64,000 nucleotides of DNA from Minisyncoccia bacterium (GTDB lineage Bacteria > Patescibacteriota > Minisyncoccia > Phycocordibacterales > UBA918), in the NCBI GenBank assembly GCA_046293175.1, contig JBKBPM010000001.1:299446-363445 (forward strand), in the 5' to 3' direction. The position numbers and the translations under genes were made by a program. The notes under the pieces were generated by a model. That model was not told where the DNA came from. It saw only the letters and a list, made by a program, of their open reading frames with translations, and ran no database searches. Positions 45,991 to 54,664 of the stretch are shown here, piece by piece. Numbering within the stretch: position 1 is the first letter of the stretch; each line of letters starts with the position of its first letter.

Positions 45991-47031
45991 TTAGACAATA
46001 AGCATCGCATCACCAAATGAATAAAAGCGATAGCGCTCTTTTATTGCTTCTTGGTATAGCTCCACAATGTGACGATTACCTCCTTTATGCTCGATATAAG
46101 CCTGCACAAGACAAAGGAGTGAGGACTTCGGCACATGAAAGTTTGTCATGAGGATGTCTGGATAGGTAAAGGTATATGGTGGGTAGATAAACAGATCCGC
46201 CTTTCCTACTTCACCCACTCCATTTCCAATAGCTCCTTTGGCACTTTCAAGCGTGCGTACGACGGTGGTACCCACTGCCATAATTGGTCGGCCAGCTGTT
46301 CTTGCGCTGTTGATAACCTTTGCCGTACTGTCTGGCACCACGTAGTACTCTTCGTGAAGTTTTTTGTTGGCAAAGTTCTCAGCAAAGATTGGCGCAAATG
46401 TTCCTAATCCGACCTGGAGGGTGACTGGTGCAACAGTGACTCCGACTTTGTTCAGCGATTCAATAAGACCAGGGGTAAAATGGAGCGAGGCGGTTGGTGC
46501 TGCCACTGACGGTGTCTCATGTGCAAACATCGTCTGATAATCTGCGCGTTTGACTGCTTCGTCGTTGGTATTTTTGATATATGGTGGCAGCGGTGTCTCA
46601 CCATGAGCCAGCAAGAGTGCATGTAGGATTTCTGCCTTTCCATTAAACTGGAGAAGTATGCTTTTCTCGTGATTTTCAAGTACCGTAAAGAACATATCAA
46701 ACACTTCGATGATACCCCCAAGCTGTACGCTACGATTCACGAGCGCCCGTACTTTACCCTCAGGCGTAATGCCTTGATCAACCAAAATGAGGAGTTCGAT
46801 GGGTTCACTGTTGTAGCTGCCTTTGAGCCGAGCAGGCAACACTTTTGTGTCATTCACAATCATCTGTGCTCCCGCTACATAGCGAGGAAGATCGCGAACG
46901 CTACTATGCGATACCGTATTGCTCCGTGTATCATAGACAAATAAACGAGCAGTATCGCGTGGATTAACAGGCGAGTGCGCTATGAGGTCAGAAGGAATAT
47001 CGTACGTGTATTGGTCGAACAATGGCTCCAT
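45991..47031 (-). CDS. queA: S-adenosylmethionine:tRNA ribosyltransferase-isomerase
   Basis: N-terminal YDIPSDLIAHSPVNPRD...RL and QueA-like length. Confidence 0.9.
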   Translation of the reverse strand: MEPLFDQYTYDIPSDLIAHSPVNPRDTARLFVYDTRSNTVSHSSVRDLPRYVAGAQMIVNDTKVLPARLKGSYNSEPIELLILVDQGITPEGKVRALVNRSVQLGGIIEVFDMFFTVLENHEKSILLQFNGKAEILHALLLAHGETPLPPYIKNTNDEAVKRADYQTMFAHETPSVAAPTASLHFTPGLIESLNKVGVTVAPVTLQVGLGTFAPIFAENFANKKLHEEYYVVPDSTAKVINSARTAGRPIMAVGTTVVRTLESAKGAIGNGVGEVGKADLFIYPPYTFTYPDILMTNFHVPKSSLLCLVQAYIEHKGGNRHIVELYQEAIKERYRFYSFGDAMLIV

Positions 47032-47051
47032 GTGGTCAGAAATGAACGATA

Positions 47052-47486
47052 TTATAAATCATTATCACGCTGGTGTGTAATCTCACTAAGGTTCGCAATC
47101 AAATCATCGTACCCTTCGCGGGCGGTAGCGGCATCACGAGCGGTGAGACGAGCGTCTTCTTCGATATACCCCACAAAAGCTGGACTTGCCACCACATCAA
47201 GGGCGGTCTTGAGACCTTGTTCAATATGGGCGCGACGATCACTGAGTTGGCAGAGGTACGTCGAGAGGTCGTAGCGGACAGCCTCGATATTCGCGAGAAT
47301 GTCACTCGCTTCTTCTGATTCCTCATCTTCGTTTGATACCGTCTCCAAATTAGCTTCAGCCTGGCGCAAAAAGCGCTCTACCGCGAGCAAACGCACGCCA
47401 AGACGCTCTTCTTCACGCTTGAGCATTTGGAGCTGCTTCAGGGCAGATTCCTGGCTGTTTTTTAGGGTGATAAGGAGTTTTTCCAT
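47052..47486 (-). CDS. hypothetical coiled-coil/acidic protein
   Basis: 144-aa ORF 20 nt downstream of queA. No motif. Confidence 0.45.
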   Translation of the reverse strand: MEKLLITLKNSQESALKQLQMLKREEERLGVRLLAVERFLRQAEANLETVSNEDEESEEASDILANIEAVRYDLSTYLCQLSDRRAHIEQGLKTALDVVASPAFVGYIEEDARLTARDAATAREGYDDLIANLSEITHQRDNDL

Positions 47487-47661
47487 AACCGTATACTACC
47501 ACCAGACGTTCCTCGCACAACTTGACAGACCCGCTAAATCAAGCGAGTTTACACCAAAAAATGGCCTTTTAGACCATTGACATTCTGCCCATTCGTCTCC
47601 TTATGTAGTGATTTTGCTACTTGTATTTTACAGACAGTCATATTATTGCAATATCTAAAAA

Positions 47662-47982
47662 ATGTTGTACAGTATCGATAGACAGTTGCCAATTTGTGGA
47701 GAATCACATGGCCGTACCCCTCGCACACCTCGCCCACCTACCCACCGACTCAGCTTCAAGAAAACGTCTACAGGTAAGGCAACCAAGCCAGTCACTCCGG
47801 ATGCGGATACGCTCGATGACAACGACGCTCGCCTTGAAGCTGCCCGTCAGGCTGCAGCGGCTGCCGCTGCGCTTCCTCGTCGTAACCCCGGTGGAACGTT
47901 TCCCGCGGGGGGTGGGGCCGGTGGTACTGAAAGAGCCACCTCGTCCTCACAATCCAGAGCCCAGCAGACTGACCTCGACTGA
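47662..47982 (+). CDS. doubtful ORF: Ala/Pro/Gly/Arg-rich low-complexity protein in a high-GC patch
   Basis: Only ORF in a 600-bp gap. No RBS. Composition-driven. Confidence 0.2.
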   Translation: MLYSIDRQLPICGESHGRTPRTPRPPTHRLSFKKTSTGKATKPVTPDADTLDDNDARLEAARQAAAAAAALPRRNPGGTFPAGGGAGGTERATSSSQSRAQQTDLD

Positions 47983-48095
47983 GCGCTCTCCGGTACAGAC
48001 CGCGACACAGATCCAGTTACGCTCATGCCACTGCCTGATCAGCATCACAGCAGCGTCTACCAGTGCTGGTCATTTCTATTTTATTCTTTAACAAC

Positions 48096-48809
48096 TTACT
48101 TCCCTGCCTCGTACTCTGCACGCACGATTGCCTCATCCTCGCGACTGAGTGTCTTTTGATACCGAGCACCCTTGACCCCTTTAACCCGCGCTTCACACTC
48201 GGCCCAGGTAGCATGTATTTGCACTACCCCATCAACTTTGCTGATATACGAATAGGCCTTCTGCGTTTGGCGCTTGCGAGCATCACTGCGGTCTTGCTTT
48301 TTGGTGTCGTCATAACTTGTATCAGAGAGATCGTGCCCGTAGTCCTTCACAGGCCCGTTATAAAGCGGGTAAGTGCCTTTCTCTGCCATGGTTGATGCAA
48401 TTTCGTCTACTCGTTCATTACCGACAATACCGACGTGTCCTGGGACTTTATGCCAATCGATAGTCGTAATCTTCAAGAGCGGTAGAAGCGCCTGCCACAG
48501 TTCTTTGTTCGCCACATCGGTCTTCGCCTTCGTTTGCCAGCCATTTTCGGCCCACCTATACACCCAGCCGGTAGCACCTTCAACCACGTACTTCGAGTCG
48601 GTATAGATGTGTACCGTAGCAGTGGTGCCGGTAACCTGTTTTAGTGCCTCTACGACTGCCGTTAGCTCCATTTCATTGTTGGTTGTCCTGGTTTTGTATC
48701 CACCAAGCTCGGTGACCGTCTTGCCATCAGTAATGACTACTCCATAGCCACCGCGGCCGGGATTCCCTTTAGCTGCCCCGTCTGTAAATATCGTGATCGT
48801 CGCTGTCAT
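48096..48809 (-). CDS. rnhA: ribonuclease HI with a C-terminal hybrid-binding (HBD / Cauli_VI-like) domain
   Basis: RNase H core (TIFTDGAAKGNPG...ELTAV...HIYTDSKYV...WHKVPGH) followed by KAYSYISKVDGVVQIHATWAECEARVKGVKGARYQKTLSREDEAIVRAEYE, which resembles the RNase H1 N-terminal HBD fold motif. Confidence 0.8.
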   Translation of the reverse strand: MTATITIFTDGAAKGNPGRGGYGVVITDGKTVTELGGYKTRTTNNEMELTAVVEALKQVTGTTATVHIYTDSKYVVEGATGWVYRWAENGWQTKAKTDVANKELWQALLPLLKITTIDWHKVPGHVGIVGNERVDEIASTMAEKGTYPLYNGPVKDYGHDLSDTSYDDTKKQDRSDARKRQTQKAYSYISKVDGVVQIHATWAECEARVKGVKGARYQKTLSREDEAIVRAEYEAGK

Positions 48810-48875
48810 GAGGAAAAGTGTAACATGCGACCGACTTGCAGTCATAGTCGAGGTCTAACCTGCTATAATCAGCGT

Positions 48876-49157
48876 ATGGTTACCGTCGAACTTATCGCTG
48901 TCTTGCTTCTTGGTATTAATCTCATCAGCATCATGCTTATGGGCTATGACAAGCGTCAGAACACTCTCAATTCCGATGCTCCACGCCTTCCTGAAGGCGT
49001 ACTCTTTCTCATGGCCATCGTTTTTGGTAGTGCTGGTGTTCTCCTTGGTATGTTTGCCTTTCGGCACAAGATCCGCAAGTGGTACTTTCAAGTAGCGATT
49101 CCCCTCCTCCTCGTGCAGCAAATACTCCTTGGCTACTTTGTATATCCATTGCTCTAA
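48876..49157 (+). CDS. DUF1294-family small membrane protein
   Basis: MGYDKRQN...FRHKIRKWYF pattern. Start taken at MVTVELIAV. Confidence 0.55.
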   Translation: MVTVELIAVLLLGINLISIMLMGYDKRQNTLNSDAPRLPEGVLFLMAIVFGSAGVLLGMFAFRHKIRKWYFQVAIPLLLVQQILLGYFVYPLL

Positions 49158-49453
49158 AGCTGCCTGTAAAAAGACGATGCGCTTCCCGAGTATACGAAAA
49201 GCGCCCCAGGTATCCAAAGGGCGCTCTCAAGCGGGCAAAAAACCCACAAGGCACTAGTTACTGTTTGCTTCAAGGCAGTCAGCTGGACTCCAGTGAATAA
49301 ATCCATTTTTATCGATAAAGTATCGTCTCTGCATTTATATGCTCCTCTGGCTAAAAAACTTAGTTCCCAGAGGCTCTTCAAATCTTTACATCGTATAAAG
49401 TAAGCCTCTGTAGTGACAGTAAACTACAGATTATTAATAATTTCAAGTACTTA

Positions 49454-50260
49454 TTATAGTGACTTAGAATAGTTGCACTTTGGGTATGTTATACAACCAA
49501 GAAATTTTCCATACTTGCCAGATTTTTCAACTAGCTTACTACCACACTTTGGACAAGTTATTTCAGTAACTGTAACTAGCTTTTGTTTTGGTAAATCCTT
49601 ATCATCAAGAATTGATACAAGTTTTCGTCCGTCGATGAGATTAATATTATTTTTTTGTGCAAATGCCAGCGCTTCTTTTGTGAATTTACCTGATGTCACA
49701 ACAAAACCACCGACTGCCTTTTCCGCTGTCATTAATCCATAGACTTCACGGATAACAGTCACTGGTACTTTACTTGCTTTATAATGCTTGCACTGGACAA
49801 GGTGAAGTCCTTTTGAGTCATGTAATTTTATATCAATACCACCATCTGCACCTCCACCACCAGTTAATTGTGCACTATAGCCTTGCTTCTTAAACCACTC
49901 GAACATCAAAAACTCAAAGTCTTGCCAACTCATAGACTGAATTGCTTTTAAAGCGCCTTGTTGAGAAATAGAGCCAAAAAGTACACGACTCCGAATTCGT
50001 TGCAGTACACTGATAAGTGCACCGGTTAGCAACGCAGCTGGAACTATGTATTTAAAGAGCGCTATGTAAAAAACTTTAAAGATCATCAGCAGCACACCTG
50101 ATTGATCCTGAAAAAGCGATTGTGAGAGTTCGATGGCTGGAACAAAATAATACAAAAGAATTGCCGCTGGTATAGTTGCCCAAAGCGGTAGCATTATTGA
50201 TAGTTCTGTAAGTTCACTAAAAAAGTATTCAAACGGAGTTGGTTCTGATCGTCGAGACAT
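49454..50260 (-). CDS. membrane-anchored Mrr-like restriction endonuclease with C-terminal topoisomerase-type C4 zinc ribbon
   Basis: 2 N-terminal TM. Mrr_cat core (SWQDFEFLMFEWFKKQGY...GGADGGIDIKL...LVQCKHYK). C-terminal CPKCGSKLVEKSGKYGKFLGCITYPKC. Confidence 0.75.
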   Translation of the reverse strand: MSRRSEPTPFEYFFSELTELSIMLPLWATIPAAILLYYFVPAIELSQSLFQDQSGVLLMIFKVFYIALFKYIVPAALLTGALISVLQRIRSRVLFGSISQQGALKAIQSMSWQDFEFLMFEWFKKQGYSAQLTGGGGADGGIDIKLHDSKGLHLVQCKHYKASKVPVTVIREVYGLMTAEKAVGGFVVTSGKFTKEALAFAQKNNINLIDGRKLVSILDDKDLPKQKLVTVTEITCPKCGSKLVEKSGKYGKFLGCITYPKCNYSKSL

Positions 50261-50268
50261 AAATGTAA

Positions 50269-50850
50269 TTATACAAACCGCATACTTTTACTCCCCAGTG
50301 GCTTTAGATACTGCTGATACCGGGCGTCACTTATGGTGAGCTTGTAGTTCAAGCGATTGACTACGATACGGTAGTGCTTCCCTACCTTGCCGCGCACAGT
50401 CACGACGAGCTCAAGCTCAGCTGTCTTACTTTTTGGTACGACGAGGTACCGCAGTGTCCCGACACTGATCTGGGTCAGCCCTCGTGTCTGTACCGCGACA
50501 CTGGCACTAGCAACACTACTCTCCCCGGTACCCTCGATCTGATACATAAAGCCGACAACCGTCTTCCCAGACGCTATAGAAAGCGGTACATAGAGCGGCA
50601 CCTGCTTCGCAGTGAGCTCAAGGACAAAGCGGAATTCACCTACTGCCTTATCTGGACCTTCTGCTACCTTTGTTCGGGAGAAGCGCAGCTTTGTACCACC
50701 TACTCGTACTGCAAGGTATTCATCGATCCCTTCTACCTGCTTCGCAGTCACAAGTTCCTTTTGCAACTGCTTCACACGTCCAGCAAGCTCTTTAAGCTGG
50801 TTCTTTTCAGCTAGTGTCGGCTTTTTCATACTTTTAGTATGAAACGACAT
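50269..50850 (-). CDS. hypothetical protein (N-terminal coiled coil plus beta-rich domain)
   Basis: 193 aa. 9-nt gap to the Mrr-like gene. Confidence 0.5.
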   Translation of the reverse strand: MSFHTKSMKKPTLAEKNQLKELAGRVKQLQKELVTAKQVEGIDEYLAVRVGGTKLRFSRTKVAEGPDKAVGEFRFVLELTAKQVPLYVPLSIASGKTVVGFMYQIEGTGESSVASASVAVQTRGLTQISVGTLRYLVVPKSKTAELELVVTVRGKVGKHYRIVVNRLNYKLTISDARYQQYLKPLGSKSMRFV

Positions 50851-50877
50851 ATGACGGGCTGCAAGACCTACCTGGTA

Positions 50878-51297
50878 CTATAAAAAGTTAAACCCAATGA
50901 CAGCCGCCCCAATCCAACACGATACCGATACTGCCCCAGAGCCGAGGAGTGTGAGCTTCTGTCCACGAGTGAGGCTCGCAAACGGTGTGGTAGTAGACAG
51001 CGCAGACAGCCGACCGATCACAAAGCCGTTCACGAGGAGTGCTAACACCATGAGCATCTTCACTGCAAAGGTAGGTTCTTCAAGCACAATAGGATTTTGT
51101 CTGACCAACATGACACCGGTGACGATCATCGCGCCAAGGCCTACCCAGGCGAGCTGGTGGAGACGCTTGACCTTCACAGCGTTTAGTACAGCCTTCTTCC
51201 CCCGCATATACAGGTATCCATTGTGGTCGGCAATGATGATAACAACCGCAACAAACGCCAGTGCTAAAAGGTGTAGGGCTTCAAATTCAATTTCCAT
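50878..51297 (-). CDS. hypothetical membrane protein (4 TM)
   Basis: 139 aa. First gene of an apparent 3-gene minus-strand operon. Confidence 0.5.
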   Translation of the reverse strand: MEIEFEALHLLALAFVAVVIIIADHNGYLYMRGKKAVLNAVKVKRLHQLAWVGLGAMIVTGVMLVRQNPIVLEEPTFAVKMLMVLALLVNGFVIGRLSALSTTTPFASLTRGQKLTLLGSGAVSVSCWIGAAVIGFNFL

Positions 51298-51499
51298 ATT
51301 GATTTAAAAATTAAGGCTAGATGTTTCTAGATCAATATCTGTAAGTTTAGTTTTAAGAGAATCTAGAATTGGTATTTATAAATATAACATAAAACTGTCA
51401 ATTATCTCATATATAGTAAAGCTCAACAGTTACAACTTCTTGGCAGAAAGCGGTTCATGTGTCAGTATTAAGGCAGGTTGAACATTTTGGAGGAATGCC

Positions 51500-51958
51500 A
51501 TGAGGTCGATAAGAGTCGACAAGTTTGTGGCAGACTTCTGCTACAAAACTGATAGTCGAGGCCTAGCAAGACCGGAAGAAAAAGCGGTGTCCGCAGCCTT
51601 CTTCTACAAGCCAGGTCTAAAGCATGTAGTACTAGCCGACACGAAGGAAAATATCCGGATCATCAAGGAGTGGAACGACGACCTCATCCGGGTGTATGGA
51701 CAACCGCGACTTTCCCCATATGATTGTCGGTCAATCGTGTGGAAGGGGCGTGGGTGGTTCATCCTGAGCATGCCTGAGAGCGTCTTTCAGTCCCTCTGCG
51801 CGTATGTTGCCGATAGTGGGTACATGCTCACGGAGCGCTCTTTTGAGTTCGAGGACGAGTATGGGAACACGAGCATGTTCCTCTTCCACAGTCCGACGTT
51901 TCGGATGCTGCGGCCACAGCCATTGCGGCTTGAGCAACCGCAGCTGCTGTTGAAATAG
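51500..51958 (+). CDS. hypothetical protein, paralog A of a tandem pair
   Basis: About 30% identity to the 52059..52493 product over about 120 aa (CYK...HVVL...W.I.SM.E...GY.L). Confidence 0.55.
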   Translation: MRSIRVDKFVADFCYKTDSRGLARPEEKAVSAAFFYKPGLKHVVLADTKENIRIIKEWNDDLIRVYGQPRLSPYDCRSIVWKGRGWFILSMPESVFQSLCAYVADSGYMLTERSFEFEDEYGNTSMFLFHSPTFRMLRPQPLRLEQPQLLLK

Positions 51959-52058
51959 CGAGGGCGCCTGAGTAATCGGGCGCCTTTTTGATTTTGCTAC
52001 CTAGCTTGGCAGAATGCCGTTCCTATGCCAGTATAAATACAGATAGATCATCGGGAGG

Positions 52059-52493
52059 TTGATCGTGATACCGAACTTCAAAGAGCCTCTACGCGCGAAT
52101 GTTTGCTACAAAGTGAATAGAACTGCTGATGATCTTGATCGTGAAGCGGTCGGTATGTCACTGCGCTTTTTCGCCAATAAGCAACTGCGACATGTGGTCT
52201 TGGAACATACACCAGACCTCGCTCCGGTAGTGAACAGCTGGCGGTCGCATATCGGTGAGCTACCGAAAAAGGCTTTCCCAGTGGACCAGATACGGGTTGT
52301 CATCTGGGCGGCACGGGTATGGATCATCATGTCGATGGAAGAACGGGACGTGTATGGTCTTGTGCTCTATACTGAAGAATGGGGTTATGAACTCCGCCGA
52401 GAAATTCCAATCCGTAGAGATGGAGTTACTACCAACATAAGATTCCCATTCTGGGGTCAGAATTTTTTCACGCTCGTACCAACTGCGTCGTGA
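52059..52493 (+). CDS. hypothetical protein, paralog B of a tandem pair
   Basis: See paralog A. Same strand, 100-nt spacing. Confidence 0.55.
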   Translation: MIVIPNFKEPLRANVCYKVNRTADDLDREAVGMSLRFFANKQLRHVVLEHTPDLAPVVNSWRSHIGELPKKAFPVDQIRVVIWAARVWIIMSMEERDVYGLVLYTEEWGYELRREIPIRRDGVTTNIRFPFWGQNFFTLVPTAS

Positions 52494-52596
52494 AGAGAAC
52501 CAAATGATATGGCGTCCGGGACACTGGGCGCCTTTTTGATATGGAAAAGAGAAAGGCCGCGCTGGGGAGAGCGCGGCCTTTGGGGGCTGTGACAGG

Positions 52597-52863
52597 TCAG
52601 CAGTAGCCTGTTCCTTGATTCTGACGGCAGAGGACAGGCTTGCCGTCAATGGACACCAAGTAGTTGGTACCCATGACCTCGTAAGTGAACTGGCAGCTTT
52701 CGCTCTCGGCGCATGCTGCGATCAGATCGAGTCCAAGTTGGTTCTGACCTGCAGCGTAGCCGTATTCACGGCCTGCTTCAACGCCCCTTCGGTACGTGTA
52801 CGACGATGCGGCGAAGGTCACGAGCGCAACCGTAAGCATCAAAGCAAGATATTGCAGTTTCAT
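52597..52863 (-). CDS. hypothetical small secreted Cys-rich protein
   Basis: Signal peptide (MKLQYLALMLTVALVTFAASS) plus 5 Cys in 65 aa. GGAGG RBS. Confidence 0.5.
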   Translation of the reverse strand: MKLQYLALMLTVALVTFAASSYTYRRGVEAGREYGYAAGQNQLGLDLIAACAESESCQFTYEVMGTNYLVSIDGKPVLCRQNQGTGYC

Positions 52864-52950
52864 CTAGAAGAACCTCCGTGTTCAGCTGCTATGATAATAG
52901 CACAGATTTTGGTAAAAATCAAGGGTTATGAGAATATAATATTGAAAAAG

Positions 52951-52975
52951 CCGGGGTGTAACCCCGCCTTTATAT
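52951..52975 (-). terminator. rho-independent terminator (aaaagcc ggggtgtaacccc gccttt)
   Basis: Ends the tRNA-Ala(UGC)/R3 transcription unit in minus sense (GGCGGGGUUACACCCCGGCUUUUU). Confidence 0.55.
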
Positions 52976-53304
52976 ATGGGTACTCGACTTCTTCTGCCGA
53001 GACACGTTTTGAAATCGCTTCGACCCACCGGCTCCAGTCATGACGACGAGAGAACGGAATACGGCGGATTGACTCGATATACTCGCCTACCATAACACAG
53101 GCCGTTACGTAAGCTTCTTTAAGGTCTTTGTGGCTCACAAAGTGCAGTGTAGCGATTAGCTTCTTTGTTGGCCATGGTGACCTCCTTGTCTGGCGGTAGC
53201 ATAGAGGATTTGAGTAGGATGTAAAATGGAAGACCCTCGAAGATTCGGTCCTTACAGAACCAGTACCCGTTGTCGCTATATTGTTTTGCAATTACTGCAG
53301 TGGT

Positions 53305-53497
53305 CACGAATCACTAAGTATAATCTCTCACTACGTTCAGATTCTACTAAGTGTTCTCGACCCCGCCTCGCGGTTTTTCGCCTTGCGAGGGCGAAAAACA
53401 TCGCTGCGGCTTCCACATCGGCACGGAAGCGATACTTATCGCTTCCTAGACAAAACAAAGACCACTCCAGTGAGTGGTCTTTGTTTGTCTGCCGATG
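53305..53497 (-). ncRNA. copy R3 of the structured repeat / candidate ncRNA family, abutting the 3' end of tRNA-Ala(UGC)
   Basis: Same conserved blocks as R1, with compensatory stem differences. An extra 5'-proximal (minus sense) multi-hairpin domain is closed by ccacatcggca/tgccgatgtgg, which includes the last 3 nt of the tRNA. Confidence 0.5.
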
Positions 53498-53570
53498 TGG
53501 ACCCGAGAAGATTCGAACTCCCTGCCTCCTCAGTGCAAATGAGGCGCTCTACCAAGTGAGCTACGGGCCC
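53498..53570 (-). tRNA. tRNA-Ala (anticodon UGC)
   Basis: Reverse complement GGGCCCGUAGCUCA...CCUCAUUUGCACUGAGG...GGUUCGAAUCU...CGGGUCCA. G3:U70, anticodon UGC, A73. No CCA encoded. Confidence 0.9.
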
Positions 53571-53607
53571 AAGTTTTGCAAGCGCGACACCTGCAAAGCT
53601 GGTGCAT

Positions 53608-53636
53608 ATACTACTTAATCTAGAGTAAATAGTCAA
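53608..53636 (-). promoter_or_regulatory. sigma-70-like promoter for tRNA-Ala(UGC): TTGACT -17- TAGTAT
   Basis: Good match to consensus. The -10 lies 37 nt upstream of tRNA position 1. Confidence 0.5.
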
Positions 53637-53641
53637 TAGGA

Positions 53642-54238
53642 TTATTCTAGAACTTGAAGTTTCCACGGGGTGGCTACAGCGGCTGAACTATACTGTCCAA
53701 TGGTGATTGCATCACCATTCCAGGCCGCAGTCAGCGCGTCACTGATATTGGTGATGAACTTCTTTCCGTTAAAAGAAACCGGCTGAATCACGTTTTCCTC
53801 CACATCAAAGATATAGTGGGTACATTCTTCTACTTCTGTCTGTTGTTCACAGAAATGCACAAAGCGGTGGTCTGCAGATGCGCTATAGGTAGGAATCTTT
53901 TTGTGGATACCTTGGGTAGCAAAACCTTCCACGTTTTCTACTGGCATTATTTCATTACTGAGAGAGAGAACAAACCGATCGCCGTGGACATAGGCATAGA
54001 GTTTGCCATCTTCATAGCGAGCTACTTCCTCTGTGGTTGTTGGTACAACGTCTTCCGGTGGGTTGCCAGTTGGTGGTATATACCCCTCTGGAACAAAATC
54101 AGGGGCTACCACTACCTCGCTGGTTTCCAGAGAGAAGTGATTTGAAATACCAAAACCAATAAAACCGGAAGTAAGTCCAATAATGTAAGCCAGTACAACG
54201 AGCACGGCTTTTTCGTGTTTAGTACCTTCTAAATTCAT
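53642..54238 (-). CDS. hypothetical membrane-anchored protein
   Basis: N-terminal TM (VLVVLAYIIGLTSGFIGFGI), Pro-rich linker, C-terminal domain. Confidence 0.5.
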   Translation of the reverse strand: MNLEGTKHEKAVLVVLAYIIGLTSGFIGFGISNHFSLETSEVVVAPDFVPEGYIPPTGNPPEDVVPTTTEEVARYEDGKLYAYVHGDRFVLSLSNEIMPVENVEGFATQGIHKKIPTYSASADHRFVHFCEQQTEVEECTHYIFDVEENVIQPVSFNGKKFITNISDALTAAWNGDAITIGQYSSAAVATPWKLQVLE

Positions 54239-54306
54239 ATAGCTACAGTATAGTCCCTAACCATCACTTTGTGTAAGTGGTGTGTTGAAAAAGTTTTACG
54301 AAGCTG

Positions 54307-54663
54307 CTAGCGAAGATTGCTTGTAATGCGGTTGATGCGCTCGGCCATTTCGAGATCGTCTTCGGTCACGGCATTTATACTAGGTGTCTTGAGGGTCACT
54401 TTTACCAGTTCGGGTGTGATGCAGATTTCGGGATAGTGCTTTTGCACTTCGGCATAAACGGTGATGCGGGTGGCAAACATAAAGGCATCGAGGTAGCGTG
54501 AGAAAACAAACTGACCCACCAATACTTGGTGCTTCTGGTCGTAGGTCCAGTGGTGACCCAAGGCGCGCAGACGCTTCTGCGGTACTTTTGGTACCATCAC
54601 CTTTTTGGTTGCCTTTAGCTTCGTGGCTTTGGTGACCTTGTTGGTTATGGTAAGTTTAGCCAT
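54307..54663 (-). CDS. pterin-4a-carbinolamine dehydratase (PCD/DCoH)-like with basic N-terminal extension
   Basis: HHWTYDQKHQVLVGQFVF...EVQKHYPEI...L.T matches the PCD pattern ([HW]...HHPE). Motif-level. Confidence 0.55.
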   Translation of the reverse strand: MAKLTITNKVTKATKLKATKKVMVPKVPQKRLRALGHHWTYDQKHQVLVGQFVFSRYLDAFMFATRITVYAEVQKHYPEICITPELVKVTLKTPSINAVTEDDLEMAERINRITSNLR

Positions 54664-54664
54664 A

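Noticed and set aside
47621-48091. Two overlapping plus-strand ORFs in the 600-bp gap upstream of queA, including a possible Ala/Pro-rich protein
   Set aside because: No RBS, extreme compositional bias, and no motif. Kept only as a low-confidence feature. Could equally be untranslated high-GC DNA.
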